A program made the position numbers and the translations under genes. Source: Mobula hypostoma (Eukaryota). Taken from it: DNA of 64,000 bases. The notes below the pieces were generated by a model that saw nothing but the letters and a program-made list of their open reading frames with translations, did not search any database and was not told the origin of the DNA. The DNA lies in assembly GCF_963921235.1 (NCBI RefSeq), contig NC_086097.1, positions 12,462,001-12,526,000 on the forward strand. Reading direction: 5' to 3'. Of the stretch, positions 12,431 to 24,415 are shown in pieces. The number at the start of each line of letters is the position of its first letter. The first letter of the stretch is position 1.

Positions 12431-13265
12431 GTAGAAGGAAGTATAAATGGAGTTATTAGAGGGGAGGCAAATTTGTGTGATGTTGTTGGCTCCATTCACA
12501 AATCGCTTCCAATTCTTGCTGTCTTGGGCAATGCTGATATGTGATGCATCTGTAAACATTGATAAGAGTCATTGGGGACGTGATGAATTTCCTTAGACTT
12601 TTGAGGAATTAGAAGCATTGGTGTGCCCCCTCCATATATCATACTGTTTATTCCATCAGGTGACTCAAGCTTCTCGTTTTACCACAGAAGCTTTTATCAA
12701 CGCAGGTTCTTAACAAAGTTATATAGAAGTTACAATGAAAAAAATTGCTATTCAGCACCACTGACCCCTGATGATACCTGCATTTCCCACAATCCTTCTC
12801 CCAACATCCATTATCTTAGCTTTACTATCTGTTTTTCTAATCGCTTCTCACTACCTCTCTCACATCTGCTAAAAGACATCTTGGCAATTCACCTCAGCTT
12901 CTGCATATTGTAGCAAGATCAATATTCAAACCACTCTCTGGGCAAAGAAGTAAATGATATGTGGAAATAACTGGAAAATCAAACCCACAAAAAAACCTTA
13001 GTGAATTGTCAGCCCTGTTGGAAACGTCTCATAACTCTTCATTAACAATGAAATACACAAGAGTACAAGAGCTGATGGCAGAATAGGCCAAGTAGTCCTT
13101 GGAATCTGTTCTATCATTTAATATCAGAGCTGATCTTCAACCTCAGCACAACTTTCCTGCCCTATCCCAACAGGCTTCAATTTTCTTTGTCCAAGTACTC
13201 TGAAGTACAAAAGATGTTGCTGTGCAACAAATCTGCCAGCTATTAACATGGTACAATGTTAAGGG

Positions 13266-15795
13266 AAACATAGAAACATAGAAACATAGAAAAAAGGTGC
13301 AGGAGTAGGCCATTCGGCCCTTCGAGCCTGCACCGCCATTTATTATGATCATGGCTGATCATCCAACTCAGAACCCCGCCCCAGCCTTCCCTCCATACGC
13401 CCGACCCCTGTAGCCACAAGGGCCATATCTAACTCCCTCTTAAACATAGCCAATGAACTGGCCTCAACAGTTTGCTGTGGCAGAGAATTCCACAGATTCA
13501 CCACTCGCTGTGTGAAGAAGTTTTTCCTAATCTCGGTCCTAAAAGGCTTCCCCTCTATCCTCAAACTGTGACCCCTCGTTCTGGACCTCCCCAACATCGG
13601 GAACAATCTTCCCGCATCTAGCCTGTCCAATCCCTTTAGGATCTTATACGTTTCAATCAGATCCCCCCTCAATCTTCTAAATTCCAACGAGTACAAGCCC
13701 AGTTCATCCAGTCTTTCTTCATATGAAAGACCTGCCATCCCAGGAATCAATCTGGTGAACCTTCTTTGTACTCCCTCTATGGCAAAGATGTCTTTCCTCA
13801 GATTAGGGGACCAAAACTGCACACAATACTCCAGGTGTGGTCTCACCAAGGCCTTGTACAACTGCAGTAGTACCTCCCTGCTCCTGTACTCGAATCATCT
13901 CGCTATAAATGCCAGCATACCGTTCGCCTTTTTCACCGCCTGCTGTACCTGCATGCCCACTTTCAATGACTGGTGTATAATGACACCCAGGTCTCGTTGC
14001 ACCTCCCCTTTTCCTAATCGGCCACCATTCAGATAATAATCTGTTTTCCTATTTTTGCCACCAAAGTGGATAACTTCACATTTATCCACATTAAATTGCA
14101 TCTGCCATGAGTTTGCCCACTCACCCAACCTATCCAAGTCACCCTGCATCCTCTTAGCATCCTCCTCACTGCTAACACTGCCACCCTGCTTCGTGTCATC
14201 CGCAAACTTGGAGATGCTGCATTTAATTCCCTCATCCAAGTCATTAATATATATTGTAAACAACTGGGGTCCCAGCACTGAGCCTTGCGGTACCCCACTA
14301 GTCACCGCCTGCCATTCTGAAAAGGTCCCGTTTATTCCCACTCTTTGCTTCCTGTCTGCTAACCAATTCTCCACCCACACCAATACCTTACCCCCAATAC
14401 CGTGTGCTATAAGTTTGCACACTAATCTCCTGTGTGGGACCTTGTCAAAAGCCTTTTGAAAATCCAAATATACCACATCCACTGGTTCTCCCCTATCCAC
14501 TCTACTAGTTATATCCTCAAAAAATTCTATGAGATTCGTCAGACATGATTTTCCTTTCACAAATCCATGCTGACTTTGTCCGATCATTTCACCGCTTTCC
14601 AAATGTGCTGTTATCACATCCTTGATAACTGACTCCAGCAGTTTCCCCACCACCGACGTTAGGCTAACCGGCCTATAATTCCCCGGTTTCTCTCTCCCTC
14701 CTTTTTTAAAAAGTGGGGTTACATTAGCCACCCTCCAATCCTCAGGAACTAGTCCAGAATCTAACGAGTTTTGAAAAATTATCACTAATGCATCCACTAT
14801 TTCTTGGGCTACTTCCTTAAGCACTCTAGGATGCAGACCATCTGGCCCTGGGGATTTATCTGCCTTCAATCCCTTCAATTTACCTAACACCACTTCCCTA
14901 CTAACATGTATTTCACTCAGTTCCTCCATCTCACTGGACCCTCTGTCCCTTACTATTTCTGGAAGATTATTTATGTCCTCCTTAGTGAAGACAGAACCAA
15001 AGTAATTATTCAATTGGTCTGCCATGTCCTTGCTCCCCATAATCAATTCACCTGTTTCTGTCTGCAGGGGACCTACATTTGTCTTTACCAGTCTTTTCCT
15101 TTTTACATATCTATAAAAGCTTTTACAGTCCGTTTTTATGTTCTCTGCCAGTTTTCTCTCATAATCTTTTTTCCCCTTCCTAATTAAGCCCTTTGTCCTC
15201 CTCTGCTGAACTCTGAATTTCTCCCAGTCCTCAGGTGAGACACTTTCTCTGGCTAATTTGTATGCTACTTCTTTGGAATTGATACTACCCCTAATTTCTC
15301 TTGTCAGCCACGGGTGCACTACCTTCCTTGATTTATTCTTTTGCCAAACTGGGATGAACAATTGTTGTAGTTCATCCATGCAACCTTTAAATGCTTGCCA
15401 TTGCATATCCACCGTCAATCCTTTAAGTGTCATTTGCCAGTCTATCTTAGCTAATTCACGTCTCATACCTTCAAAGTTACCCCTCTTTAAGTTCAGAACC
15501 TTTGTTTCTGAATTAACTATGTCACTCTCCATATTAATGAAGAATTCCACCATATTATGGTCACTCTTACCCAAGGGGCCTCTCACGACAAGATCACTAA
15601 TTAACCCTTCCTCATTGCTCAAAACCCAGTCCAGAATAGCCTGCTCTTTAGTTGGTTCCTCGACATGTTGGTTCAAAAAACCATCCCGCATACATTCCAA
15701 GAAATCCTCTTCCTCAGCAGCTTTACCAATTTGGTTCACCCAGTCTACATGTAGATTGAAGTCACCCATTATAACTGCTGTTCCTTTATTGCACA
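13266..15795 (-). mobile_element. Young 5'-truncated CR1 LINE with almost intact ORF2
   Basis: ORF 13895-15802 (MGDFN, SDHN, PGNYRPVSLTS, YLDFQKAFDKV, GVPQGSVLGP, FADD) continues in frame into ORF 13349-13861; (tttctatg)n tail at 13266-13292. Confidence 0.97.
13349..15795 (-). pseudogene. CR1 ORF2 (APE C-terminal half + reverse transcriptase) with one premature TGA
   Basis: The two listed ORFs are in the same frame, separated only by TGA at 13895-13897 (AFIAR*FEYRSREVLLQLYKAL). Confidence 0.93.
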
Positions 15796-16239
15796 ATGCC
15801 ATAGTGGTTAAATTATTAGATCATTATTCGATCAACCATCCAGAGACACAAGTTCAAATCTCACCAACGTACTTTGAGCATTTAAATGCAATTCAATAAA
15901 TAACCAGAACTTAAAAACAAAAGATTGTATCAGTATGGTGACCATTATACAGCTATACAAACCTATCGGGTCAAAGTTCAAACCACATTTTATTATGCAA
16001 GTTTGTATAAATTATAAACCTTGAGATTTGAGTGCATACAGGCAGTCACAAAACAAGAAGCCCAAAAGAACCGAATTTAAAAAAAAAGACCAACACCCGA
16101 TGCACAGAGTGAAAGAAAACAAATCAAATCAAATCATGCAAACAATATTTTCTTATATTTTCCACCAATATTTTCTTCATTTTTACTATTCTTCATAGTT
16201 TCTGCCTCAAAGTGGAAGGTAAAGTGGTTGACACTTACC

Positions 16240-16622
16240 ATAAGATCGTAGATATAGGAGAAGAATTAGGCTATTTGGCTCATCGAGTCTGCTTTGCTAT
16301 TTTATCATGGCTGATCCATTTCCCTCTTAGTCCCATTCTCCTGCCCTGACTAATCAAGAATCTATCAATCATTTCCTTAGATATACCAAATGACTTGGCC
16401 TCCACAGCCTCCTGTGGCAACGAGTTCCACAGATTCATCACTTTCTGGCTGAAGAAATTCCTCCTCATCTCTGTTCTAAATGGATATCCATCTATTCTGA
16501 GTCTGTTTCCTCTGTTCTTAGACTCCACAACCAGAGGAAACATCCTCTCCACATCCACTCTCCCGAGGCCTTTCAATGCGTTTCAATGAGAGCCTCCCTC
16601 ATTCTTCTGAATTCCAGTGAGT
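16240..16622 (-). mobile_element. CR1 3' fragment
   Basis: ORF 16280-16576 FRTEMRRNFFSQKVMNLWNSLP. Confidence 0.88.
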
Positions 16623-16929
16623 ACACTGCCCTCTTAGTTGACATTCAGTAGTGTCAAAGTACTACTTTCTTAAGAGTTATATATAAATAATAACTGATAG
16701 AAATTTAGCATTAAATAATTTGAATAATAGTACTTGTGATGAATATTATCGCACGAGTGCATAGCATATTTGAAATTTTTAATATACAAAGTATACTTTT
16801 AAGGTATAAGGTACATTGTGACTTTCTCTGTGGGTAAGAGAAGAGTGTGTCTTTTGGCATTAATTAAGTGTGTATTAGTAAAGTGACACTAATAAAGACA
16901 TCTATCATCGGGGCATGCACGCTTCTCAG

Positions 16930-17510
16930 TACTACATTCTGGACTGAGGTACAGGAGTCCGGAGATGCACACTTGTACACTTTAGGAACAGCTTCTTCAT
17001 GCCTGCAGCTATACTTCATAAGGAGTTTAAGGAGATTCGGTGTGCCCACCAAAGACCCCAGCAAATTTGTGCAGAAGTACAGCGAGGAGCATTCTGACTA
17101 GTTGCGTCACAGCCTGCTATAGGGGCTGTAATGCATAAGATCGAGAGAGGCTGCGGACGTTTCCTGACACAGTCAGTTCCATCACTTCATCAAGCACATC
17201 TTCAAAAGGTAGTGCCACCAAAAGGCAGAAACCCTATCATTCAGTTCCCTCACCATCTGGGTCATGCGGTCTTCTCAAGATGGAGGTACGTGAGGCTGGA
17301 GATGTACATTTTAGGAACAGCAGCTTCTCCTCTACCATCCAATTTCTGAACAGTCCATGAACCCGTGAACACTAACCCCTTTGCGCTATTTACTTGTTTT
17401 GCAGTTATTGTAACTTAATGCTATATTTTATGTCTTGTATGATACTGCTGCAACAAAAGCAACAAATTTCACAATATATGTCAGAGATAATAAACCTGGA
17501 TTTTGACTCT
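16930..17510 (+). mobile_element. Rex1/Babar 3' fragment
   Basis: LYFIRSLRRFG motif; tail gataataaacctgg. Confidence 0.75.
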
Positions 17511-18104
17511 TAAAAAGCCTTCAATATTTTTTCTTCGGAGTAGAATTCTGTGACCTGTATAACGATTTGAGGAACATCAGAAAGCATAGGAAAGACGTCT
17601 AAAGAAGAGATGAATAACCGGTGTTCACTTGTTTGTTATGTGCCCTGTCATATGACGTGGCTGATCATGGTCTTTCCATCACCATGATTGTTCTTGGCAA
17701 ATTGTTCTACAGAGGTAGCTTGCCTTTTTCTTCTTTTGGGCAGTGTCTTTACAAACCAGGTGACCCCAGCCATTATCAGAGATTATCTGCCTGGCATCAG
17801 TAGCATCATAATCAGGACTTGTGATATGCACTAGCTGCTCATACAACCCTCTACCACCTGCTCCTATGGCTTCACGTGTCCCTGATCAGGAGGGCTAAGC
17901 AGGTGCTACATCTTGCCCAAAGATGACCTGCAGGCCCGCAGAAGGAAGGAACGCCTTATACTGTGGGGTATGGACTTCATAATACTGGTAAAAAGATTAG
18001 AGGAGATATAAAGAGTTTTTTTTCTCACAGAGAATAGTGGGAAGCTACAATTCACTAACTGAAAGAGGGAGGCCACTTTTTAGCCGTAAAATTATCTCCC
18101 AGCT

Positions 18105-18279
18105 CTTGATCAAAAAAAAAAGAGTTACAGCTATATAGGTCCCTGGTCAGACCCCACTTGGAGTACTGTGCTCATTTCTGGTCACCTCACTACAGGAAGG
18201 ATATGGAAACTATAGAAAGGGTGCAGAGAAGATTTACAAGGATGTTGCCTGGATTGGCAAGCATGCCTTATGAGAATAA
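18105..18279 (+). mobile_element. CR1 fragment cut by an LTR insertion
   Basis: LEYCAHFWSPHYRKDMETIERVQRRFTRMLPGL. Confidence 0.85.
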
Positions 18280-19662
18280 TGTCATGGTCCGGTCCGTGAA
18301 ATCCGCATTCCGGTTCACGGTCTGGTCCATCAATCCATATTCTGGGTTTTCTCTGTTTTCTCCTGGTTCTGTAGGGTTCCTTAATCGAGGCACCCGATTC
18401 TAGTTTTGGGCTGGCTACATAAATAGCTTCGGGATTCAGCTTCTTTTGCTGGATTGTTCCCTTCCCCTCCCCATCTGAATCCCCGACCTCACCAGTTTCC
18501 CTTGGCAAGTATCTTCGGCAGTCATCCTGGCCCTGCGTCCTAGAAAGGATCCCAGCCCTGTGTCCTAGAAGGGTCCCAGCCCTGCTCTCCAAGAAGGAGT
18601 CCGGGCTCCGTACCCAAGGGCCTAACCGAGCCGAGTCCAAGAGCCGAGCCTAGCCTAGTCCAAGAGCCAAGTCCCGCCCAAGAGTACCCCGCCCAGTCCA
18701 GGAGTACCTCGCCCAGCCCAGTGCTGGAGTTCCCTCATCCGTGCTGGAGGTCCCTCATCCTGTGCTAGAGGTGGTGGGGGGAGATGGAACTGTCATCGTC
18801 TGGTCCGTGAAGTCTGCTTTCCGGGTCACGGTCCGGTCCACCAATCTGTATTCCGGGTTTTCCCTTTTTTCCCCAGTTCCATTGGGCTTTTTAATCGAGG
18901 CACCTGATTCTAGTTTGGGCTGGCTACATAAATAGCTTCGGGATACAGCCTTTTTGCTGAACTGTTCCCTTCCCTTCTCCGCTCGAATCCCCGACTGTTA
19001 CCTCGGCAGTTTCCCCCGGCAAGTATCCTCGGCAGTCATCCCGGCCCTGCATCCTATGAGGGTCCTGGCACTGTGCTCCAAGAAGGATTCCCAGCTCCAT
19101 TCCCAAGGACCTAACCGAGCCGAGCCTAGCCTAGTCCAAGAGCCAAGTCCTGGCCTGGAGTACCTCACCCAGCCCGATGCTGGAGATTCCTCGTCCTGTC
19201 CAGGAGTTTCCTCATCCTGTCCCGGAGTCTCTTGTCCAGTCCAGGAACCCCTAGTCCAAGCCACGTCCAAGAACTTTGTCTAGTCCAAGCCCCATCCAGG
19301 AACCTCGTCTAGTCCAAGCCACGTCCAAGAACCTCGTCTAGTCCAAGAACTTCACCCTGTCCAAGTCAAGGCTTTGTGTTTTCGTCCTGTCCATGTGCAT
19401 TGTCCTGTGCAGGGGTTCCACGTCCAGTCCTGTAGCCACGTCTTGTCCTCGTCTAGATCCGGGGTCCGAGCCCGAGTCAAGACCCAGGTTTGGGGTCCCT
19501 GTCCAGTCTCTGGCTTGGAGCCCTAGCCCAAGCTCCTAATTCCAAGTTCCTTGTCTCGTCCAGGGCCTGTGTCCATGTCCAGCATCGTTTCTTCCTGACT
19601 CCCTTTGCTTTCGTGATAAACCTTGTCCTATTCCTAGTACTTCAGTGTCTGTGTCTTGCATT
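18280..19662 (+). mobile_element. Two tandem Gypsy-type LTR copies separated by a polypurine tract
   Basis: TGTCA starts at 18280 and 18791 followed by ~400 bp of homology; cacctg...acataaatag promoter-like block; purine run 18767-18789 directly before the second TG; internal ccaagt/cctcgtc short repeats. Confidence 0.7.
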
Positions 19663-21190
19663 TCTCCTTTGGATCCTCCCAGTTTCTCCAAGTTCAAGGG
19701 GTAGCCGTGGGCACCTGCATGGGCCCCAGCTATACCCATCTTTTCTTTGTCTACATAGAACAGTCAATATTCCAAACCTTCTCCAGTAATACTTCCTAAC
19801 TCTTACTCCACTGCATTGATGACTGGATTGGTGCTGCTTCATGCACTCATGCTGAGCTTGTTAATTTTGTCAATTTTGCCTCCAACTTCCAGCCTGCCCT
19901 TAAGTTCACTTGCTCCATTCTAACACCTCTCTTCTTGTTCTTGATCTCTCTGTCTCCATCTCTGGAGACAGACTGTCTGCTGACACTTCCATGGCTATCT
20001 TGCCTATACCTCTTCCGACCCTGTCTCCTGTAAAAATGTTGTTCCCTTTCCTCATTTCCTTTGTCTCCCCTGCTTCTGTTATCAGGATAAGGCTTTCCTT
20101 TCCAGCTGATCAGAGATGTCCTCCTTCTTCAAAGAATGGAGTTTCTCTTCCTCCACCATTGATACTGCCTTCACCCAGATCGCCTCCAGACAACTGTGCT
20201 CACTCCATCTTCCTGCTGCCTTAAGAGAAATAGAGTTCCTTCTGTCATTACCTACCATCCCATGAGTCTCAGCATCCAATATATCATTCTCTGCAACTTC
20301 CACCACCTTCAACAAGGTCCTACCACCAAATATGTCTTTACTCCCACACCCCCGTGCCCCCCCCACTCGTTGCTTTGCATAGGGATCGCTTTCTCCACGG
20401 TTCCCCTATTCGTCCCTTCCCACTAACCTCCCTCCTGGCACAAATCCCTGAAAATGAGGGAAATGCCGCTCCTGCCCATGCATTCAGGGCCTCACCTCCC
20501 TCACCACCATTCAGGGCCCTAAACAGTCCTTCCAGGTGAGGCAGCCCGTCGTCTGTGGACCTGTTGGGGTCGTCAATTGTATTTGGTATTCCTGGTGCAG
20601 CTTCCTGACGATTCGTGAGATCCGACGTAAGTTGGAGGAATGCTTTGTCGAGCACCCCTGCTTCATGCACCAAAAGCAAAATATCCCAGTGGCTGATCAT
20701 TTAAATTCCTCATTCCCATTCTGACATGTTGGTCCATGGCCTCCTCTTCAGCCATGATGAGGCCACTCTCAGGGTGGAGGAGCAATGACTCATATTCCAT
20801 CCAGGTAGCCTCCATTCTGGTGTCATAAACATTGATTTCTTTTTCTGGTAACTTTCTTTTCTTTTCCCCTCCTCTTTCCTGTTTTTCTTTTCCCCACTGG
20901 CCACTTACCTCTTCTCCTCACCTGCCTATCCCCTCCCCTAGATGCCCCACCTCTTTCCCTTTTTCTTATGGTCTGCTCTCCTCTCCTATCAGATTCCTTC
21001 TTCTCCAGCCCTTTACCTTTCCCACCTACCTGGCTTCTTCTCCCTTCCTTTCCAGTTATGATAAAGGATTTTTGAACAAAATGTCAACTGTTTATTCATT
21101 TTCATTGATGCTACCTGACCTGCTCAGTTCCTCCAGCATTTAGACTATGTTGCTCTAGATTTCGAGCATCTACAGTATCTCTGTGTTTAA
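19661..21190 (+). mobile_element. Penelope-like element: decayed RT + GIY-YIG + pseudo-LTR
   Basis: FSFGSSQFLQVQGVAVGTCMGPSY (PLE RT motif) at 19661; VVNCIWYSWC... GIY-YIG remnant 20536-20850; pLTR with decayed hammerhead ~21052-21090. Confidence 0.88.
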
Positions 21191-21278
21191 GTATTTAAAT
21201 TGCCACAATCTGCAAAGTTTGGGCCAAAAACTGTACGATTAACTTTGATAGTTCCTTTGCAGCCAGAATAGATTAAAT

Positions 21279-21447
21279 GGTTTCCAAGGTTGTCCAGCTG
21301 AGGAGTGGTAGTGGGACAAGCTCCCACTACCTAAAAGTGCTCCTTATGGCATGCGCCTCAAATAGCCTCTGACAACCAAGTCCAACTCCTGGCCTTCTCG
21401 TGTGGCTTAGCCTCTAAGCCGGGCGGAATTTTTTCTACTGACAGGAG
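21279..21447 (+). ncRNA. Candidate HDV/CPEB3-like self-cleaving ribozyme
   Basis: P2 ctcctg/caggag, P3 gcc/ggc, L3 ttctcgt (ttcacat in a sister copy), P1' ggaatt (ggaacc in a sister copy), J4/2 ctga; hand-folded only. Confidence 0.5.
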
Positions 21448-21912
21448 AAGGGGCGAAGGCGGGTCCTGGCACCTTAAAACCAGTGCTTCGGGTAGATGGA
21501 GCTCGTCAGCCTGGGAAGGCAGTCCATCTAAGAGAGGGAAAACTCTGATTTCAAACCCCCGCTGCCTTGCGGCCATACCCACTCATGGGAAAGGCTTCGG
21601 GAGTAAACCCTGAAGACAAATCCGGAGCTGGAGTCCCTAAGGCAGTCCGACGTTGCCTTCAACCTCGTTCTGGCAACTCCTGCGATGACACTGCTGCCAA
21701 GCTGTATCGGCCCTTGCTCTTACCTTGGACGACATCGATGTTGTGGAGAGGGGAGACTTGCTGCATGGGCAACTGCCGGTCTTCCATAAAACCTTGTCCA
21801 GGCCTGTGCCCTGGAGAGGACGCTCCAGCGTTGCCTCACCGCGATGGCACAACATGAAACAAGACTTTCCAGGTGCAGATCCATGGTCTCATGAAACTAA
21901 CGGATGCCACCA
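21282..21912 (+). mobile_element. Apparently full-length non-autonomous RTE-type element (family A)
   Basis: 12-bp TSD agattaaatggt at 21270-21281 and 21913-21924; RTE-like UTR motif ctaagagagggaaaactctgatttcaaacc; no ORF; relatives 41647-42941(+) and 48167-48712(-). Confidence 0.8.
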
Positions 21913-23589
21913 AGATTAAATGGTCTGAATGGACTCCTTTTGTGCCATATTTTTATGATTCTTTTAGTTTATCCACATGGTCTCTGAGGACTGCAGGAAG
22001 AAATCTGTTTTCTTGCTATAGTCCAGTGAATTAATTGAAGAGCTTTGAGTCAACTCATTAACACCTCAAGCAGACTAGAATTTCCTCCTGTCTAGAATTG
22101 TCATAAATGTTGTGATAAGGCAGCCCATTCCATATTTAAATCTGATTTACTACCTGGAATAGTAAGAAGCTCTTTTTGCATTTCACTCAGATAAATGGGT
22201 ATTTTATGAACATTTATTGGCTGCCATCATAACTGCACAATCTTGAATGAGCAAGTAAAGTATTCTTGAGCATTTGATGCCTTTAGTAAAACCATTTCCA
22301 GAGATGACAAAAACCGACAATCTAATAGTGTATGAAGAAGGGGCACTGTCATATTTAAACAGTGCAGAGTGACCTAATTCATCCTTACACCAGCCAATTA
22401 TGCAGAGGCTTCATTTCTTTGAATATGAAGATGTCTTTGATTATAGCTTTTTCAAATAATTATTTTAGATTGTTTTTTTCTTGTATGTGTTTTAATATGT
22501 ACCTCACAGATGCAGAAGTGTCATTTGTCGCATAAAATAGAAGAGGGCGGTATAACCTCTGAATACCCACTTAAACTGGGCTGGAAGAACTAGTCATTCA
22601 GACTGAGTAGTCCCAGCCAACTTGCCTGAAACTCGCAATAAGCCTCCCAAATCCTCCCCTTTTCAACACTCGCTGAATGTAGAGAATTCATCATCTCCTC
22701 CAAAATATATACTTCTGTCAGCCACCACAATAGACTAATGGTAGCAGCAATAATTATTTTTCTGCGTAACATATACTTTATTTCCTTAAGAATCATTTTA
22801 GTGTTTTCATAGACATATCTGTTTTGGAAATTTTCTTTCTCTCTTTCAATACATTCTTTCCACTTTTAAAAATTTTAATAGCTTTTCATTTCAATTTAAC
22901 CCTTCTGATTTTTTAAATTTTGTAAGATATAATTATTTGCTATATTTGATCACAAAACTCACAAAGGTGACATTTCTTACCTACATGTAGTCAGTTACAG
23001 ATGTGCTATAAAGATCCTGTTGACAGCAGCGGGGAGCAAATGTTAAATACCAAGCTGCAGTTCAACGTGACCCTTTTGAAGGGTGTCCAAAATGATTAGA
23101 TGTCAGTTCTTAACAGAGCATGTTAGTCACATCTAGAGAGAGTTAGAAAGGGCAGTAGCAGACAAGACCATTGAATCTTGCTCAATTTAATATCCTCTGG
23201 GATTCTCTATTCTCAGAGAATGCAGGAATTTGAGTGAAGAGATAACCAGGTAGTTTTTTTATATATATATATATAAGGGATTTAGGAATTCACTGCTTGA
23301 ATGAGGAACAGTGATAGAAACCCTCATCTATATTTGAAAAGTGTTGCGTCTGGGTGAACTCCTAAGGAAACGTATCTTACAAGTTTGCAGATTGAGAGGT
23401 AGGAAGTGGATGACCCAAGGAGCTCATTATTGCCCAGATCGAGCACAGAAGGCAAATCTTGTGCCATAAATTTCTATGATCCCATGACTTGTTACTGTAG
23501 ATAAGGTATAGCCTTGAGTAGACATAACCTACTCCTACGTCTTCACGTCTTATGGTCTTAAACTATACTCAAAGAAAACTAAGACAAGT

Positions 23590-23818
23590 GACGTTCTGGA
23601 AATCCAGAGTAACACATATAAAGTGCTGGAGGTACTCAACAGGTCTGGTAAAATCTATGGTGAGGAAGAAAGAGATGACATTTCAGGTCAAGACCCTTCA
23701 TGATGAGTTCTGATGAAGGGTCTCAGCCTGAAACATTGACTGTTTATTCATTTCCATAGAAGTTGCCTGACTTGCTGAGTTCCTCCAGCATTTTGTGTGT
23801 TACTCTGGATTTCCAACA
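23590..23818. mobile_element. Palindromic mini-Penelope (two pLTR ends back to back)
   Basis: Arms of ~105 bp are reverse complements; the centre holds hammerhead motifs on both strands (23676-23703 minus, 23706-23742 plus). Confidence 0.75.
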
Positions 23819-23836
23819 TAGAGTCATAGAAAAGTA

Positions 23837-24098
23837 AAAGGTAAAGGTACGTCGCATCCGGAGTTTCTTCGGTTAGTGGACGACTTCCCTCCACGCCTCT
23901 CTGACGTAGTGTGGAAGCGCGTACGAAGCAAGTTACAGCAGTGGTTTGCCATTGTCTTCTGCCAGGTGAGTTTCCAAAGAGATCACCAGCTCGTAACCCA
24001 GCATGGATGGAAAGCGTGCAGGGAAGCCGGCTGGATTCGAACTCGGGACCTTTCGTCCCGAAGTCCGCCACTGATGCCACTATGCCACCAGCCGGGTC
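23837..24098 (-). mobile_element. tRNA-derived SINE with RTE-type motif and (acctt)n-like tail
   Basis: Box A tggcatagtgg, box B gagttcgaatcc; gaagacaatggcaaaccact; perfect 12-bp TSD catagaaaagta at 23825-23836 and 24099-24110. Confidence 0.88.
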
Positions 24099-24415
24099 CA
24101 TAGAAAAGTACAGCACAGAAACAGGACCTTCAGCCCACCTGGTTCATGCTGAACCATTTAAACTGCCTACTCCCATTGACCTGCACCAGGACCATAGCCC
24201 TCCATATCCCTGCCATCTACGTATCTACCCAAGCGTTTCTGAACACTGTAATTGAGCTCACACACACCACTTGTACTAGCAGCTCGTTCTACATGCTCAT
24301 GACCCTCTGAGTGAAGAAGTTTCCCCTTGTGTACCCTTAAACCTTTCATTTTCACCCTTAATCCATGACCACTAGTCGTAGTCCCTTCTAACCTAAGTGG
24401 AAAAAGCCTGCTTTT
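24099..24415 (-). mobile_element. CR1 3' end (host of the SINE)
   Basis: Matches the CR1 3' end at 5245-5580. Confidence 0.8.

Noticed and set aside
14055..15899. Plus-strand ORFs of 134, 93 and 213 aa
   Set aside because: Antisense shadows of CR1 ORF2.
19100..19370. Short repeats (ctagtccaag) as a CRISPR or coding repeat
   Set aside because: Irregular internal LTR repeats without a repeat-spacer pattern.
22590..22796. 68-aa ORF in unique DNA
   Set aside because: No recognisable motif; length expected by chance.
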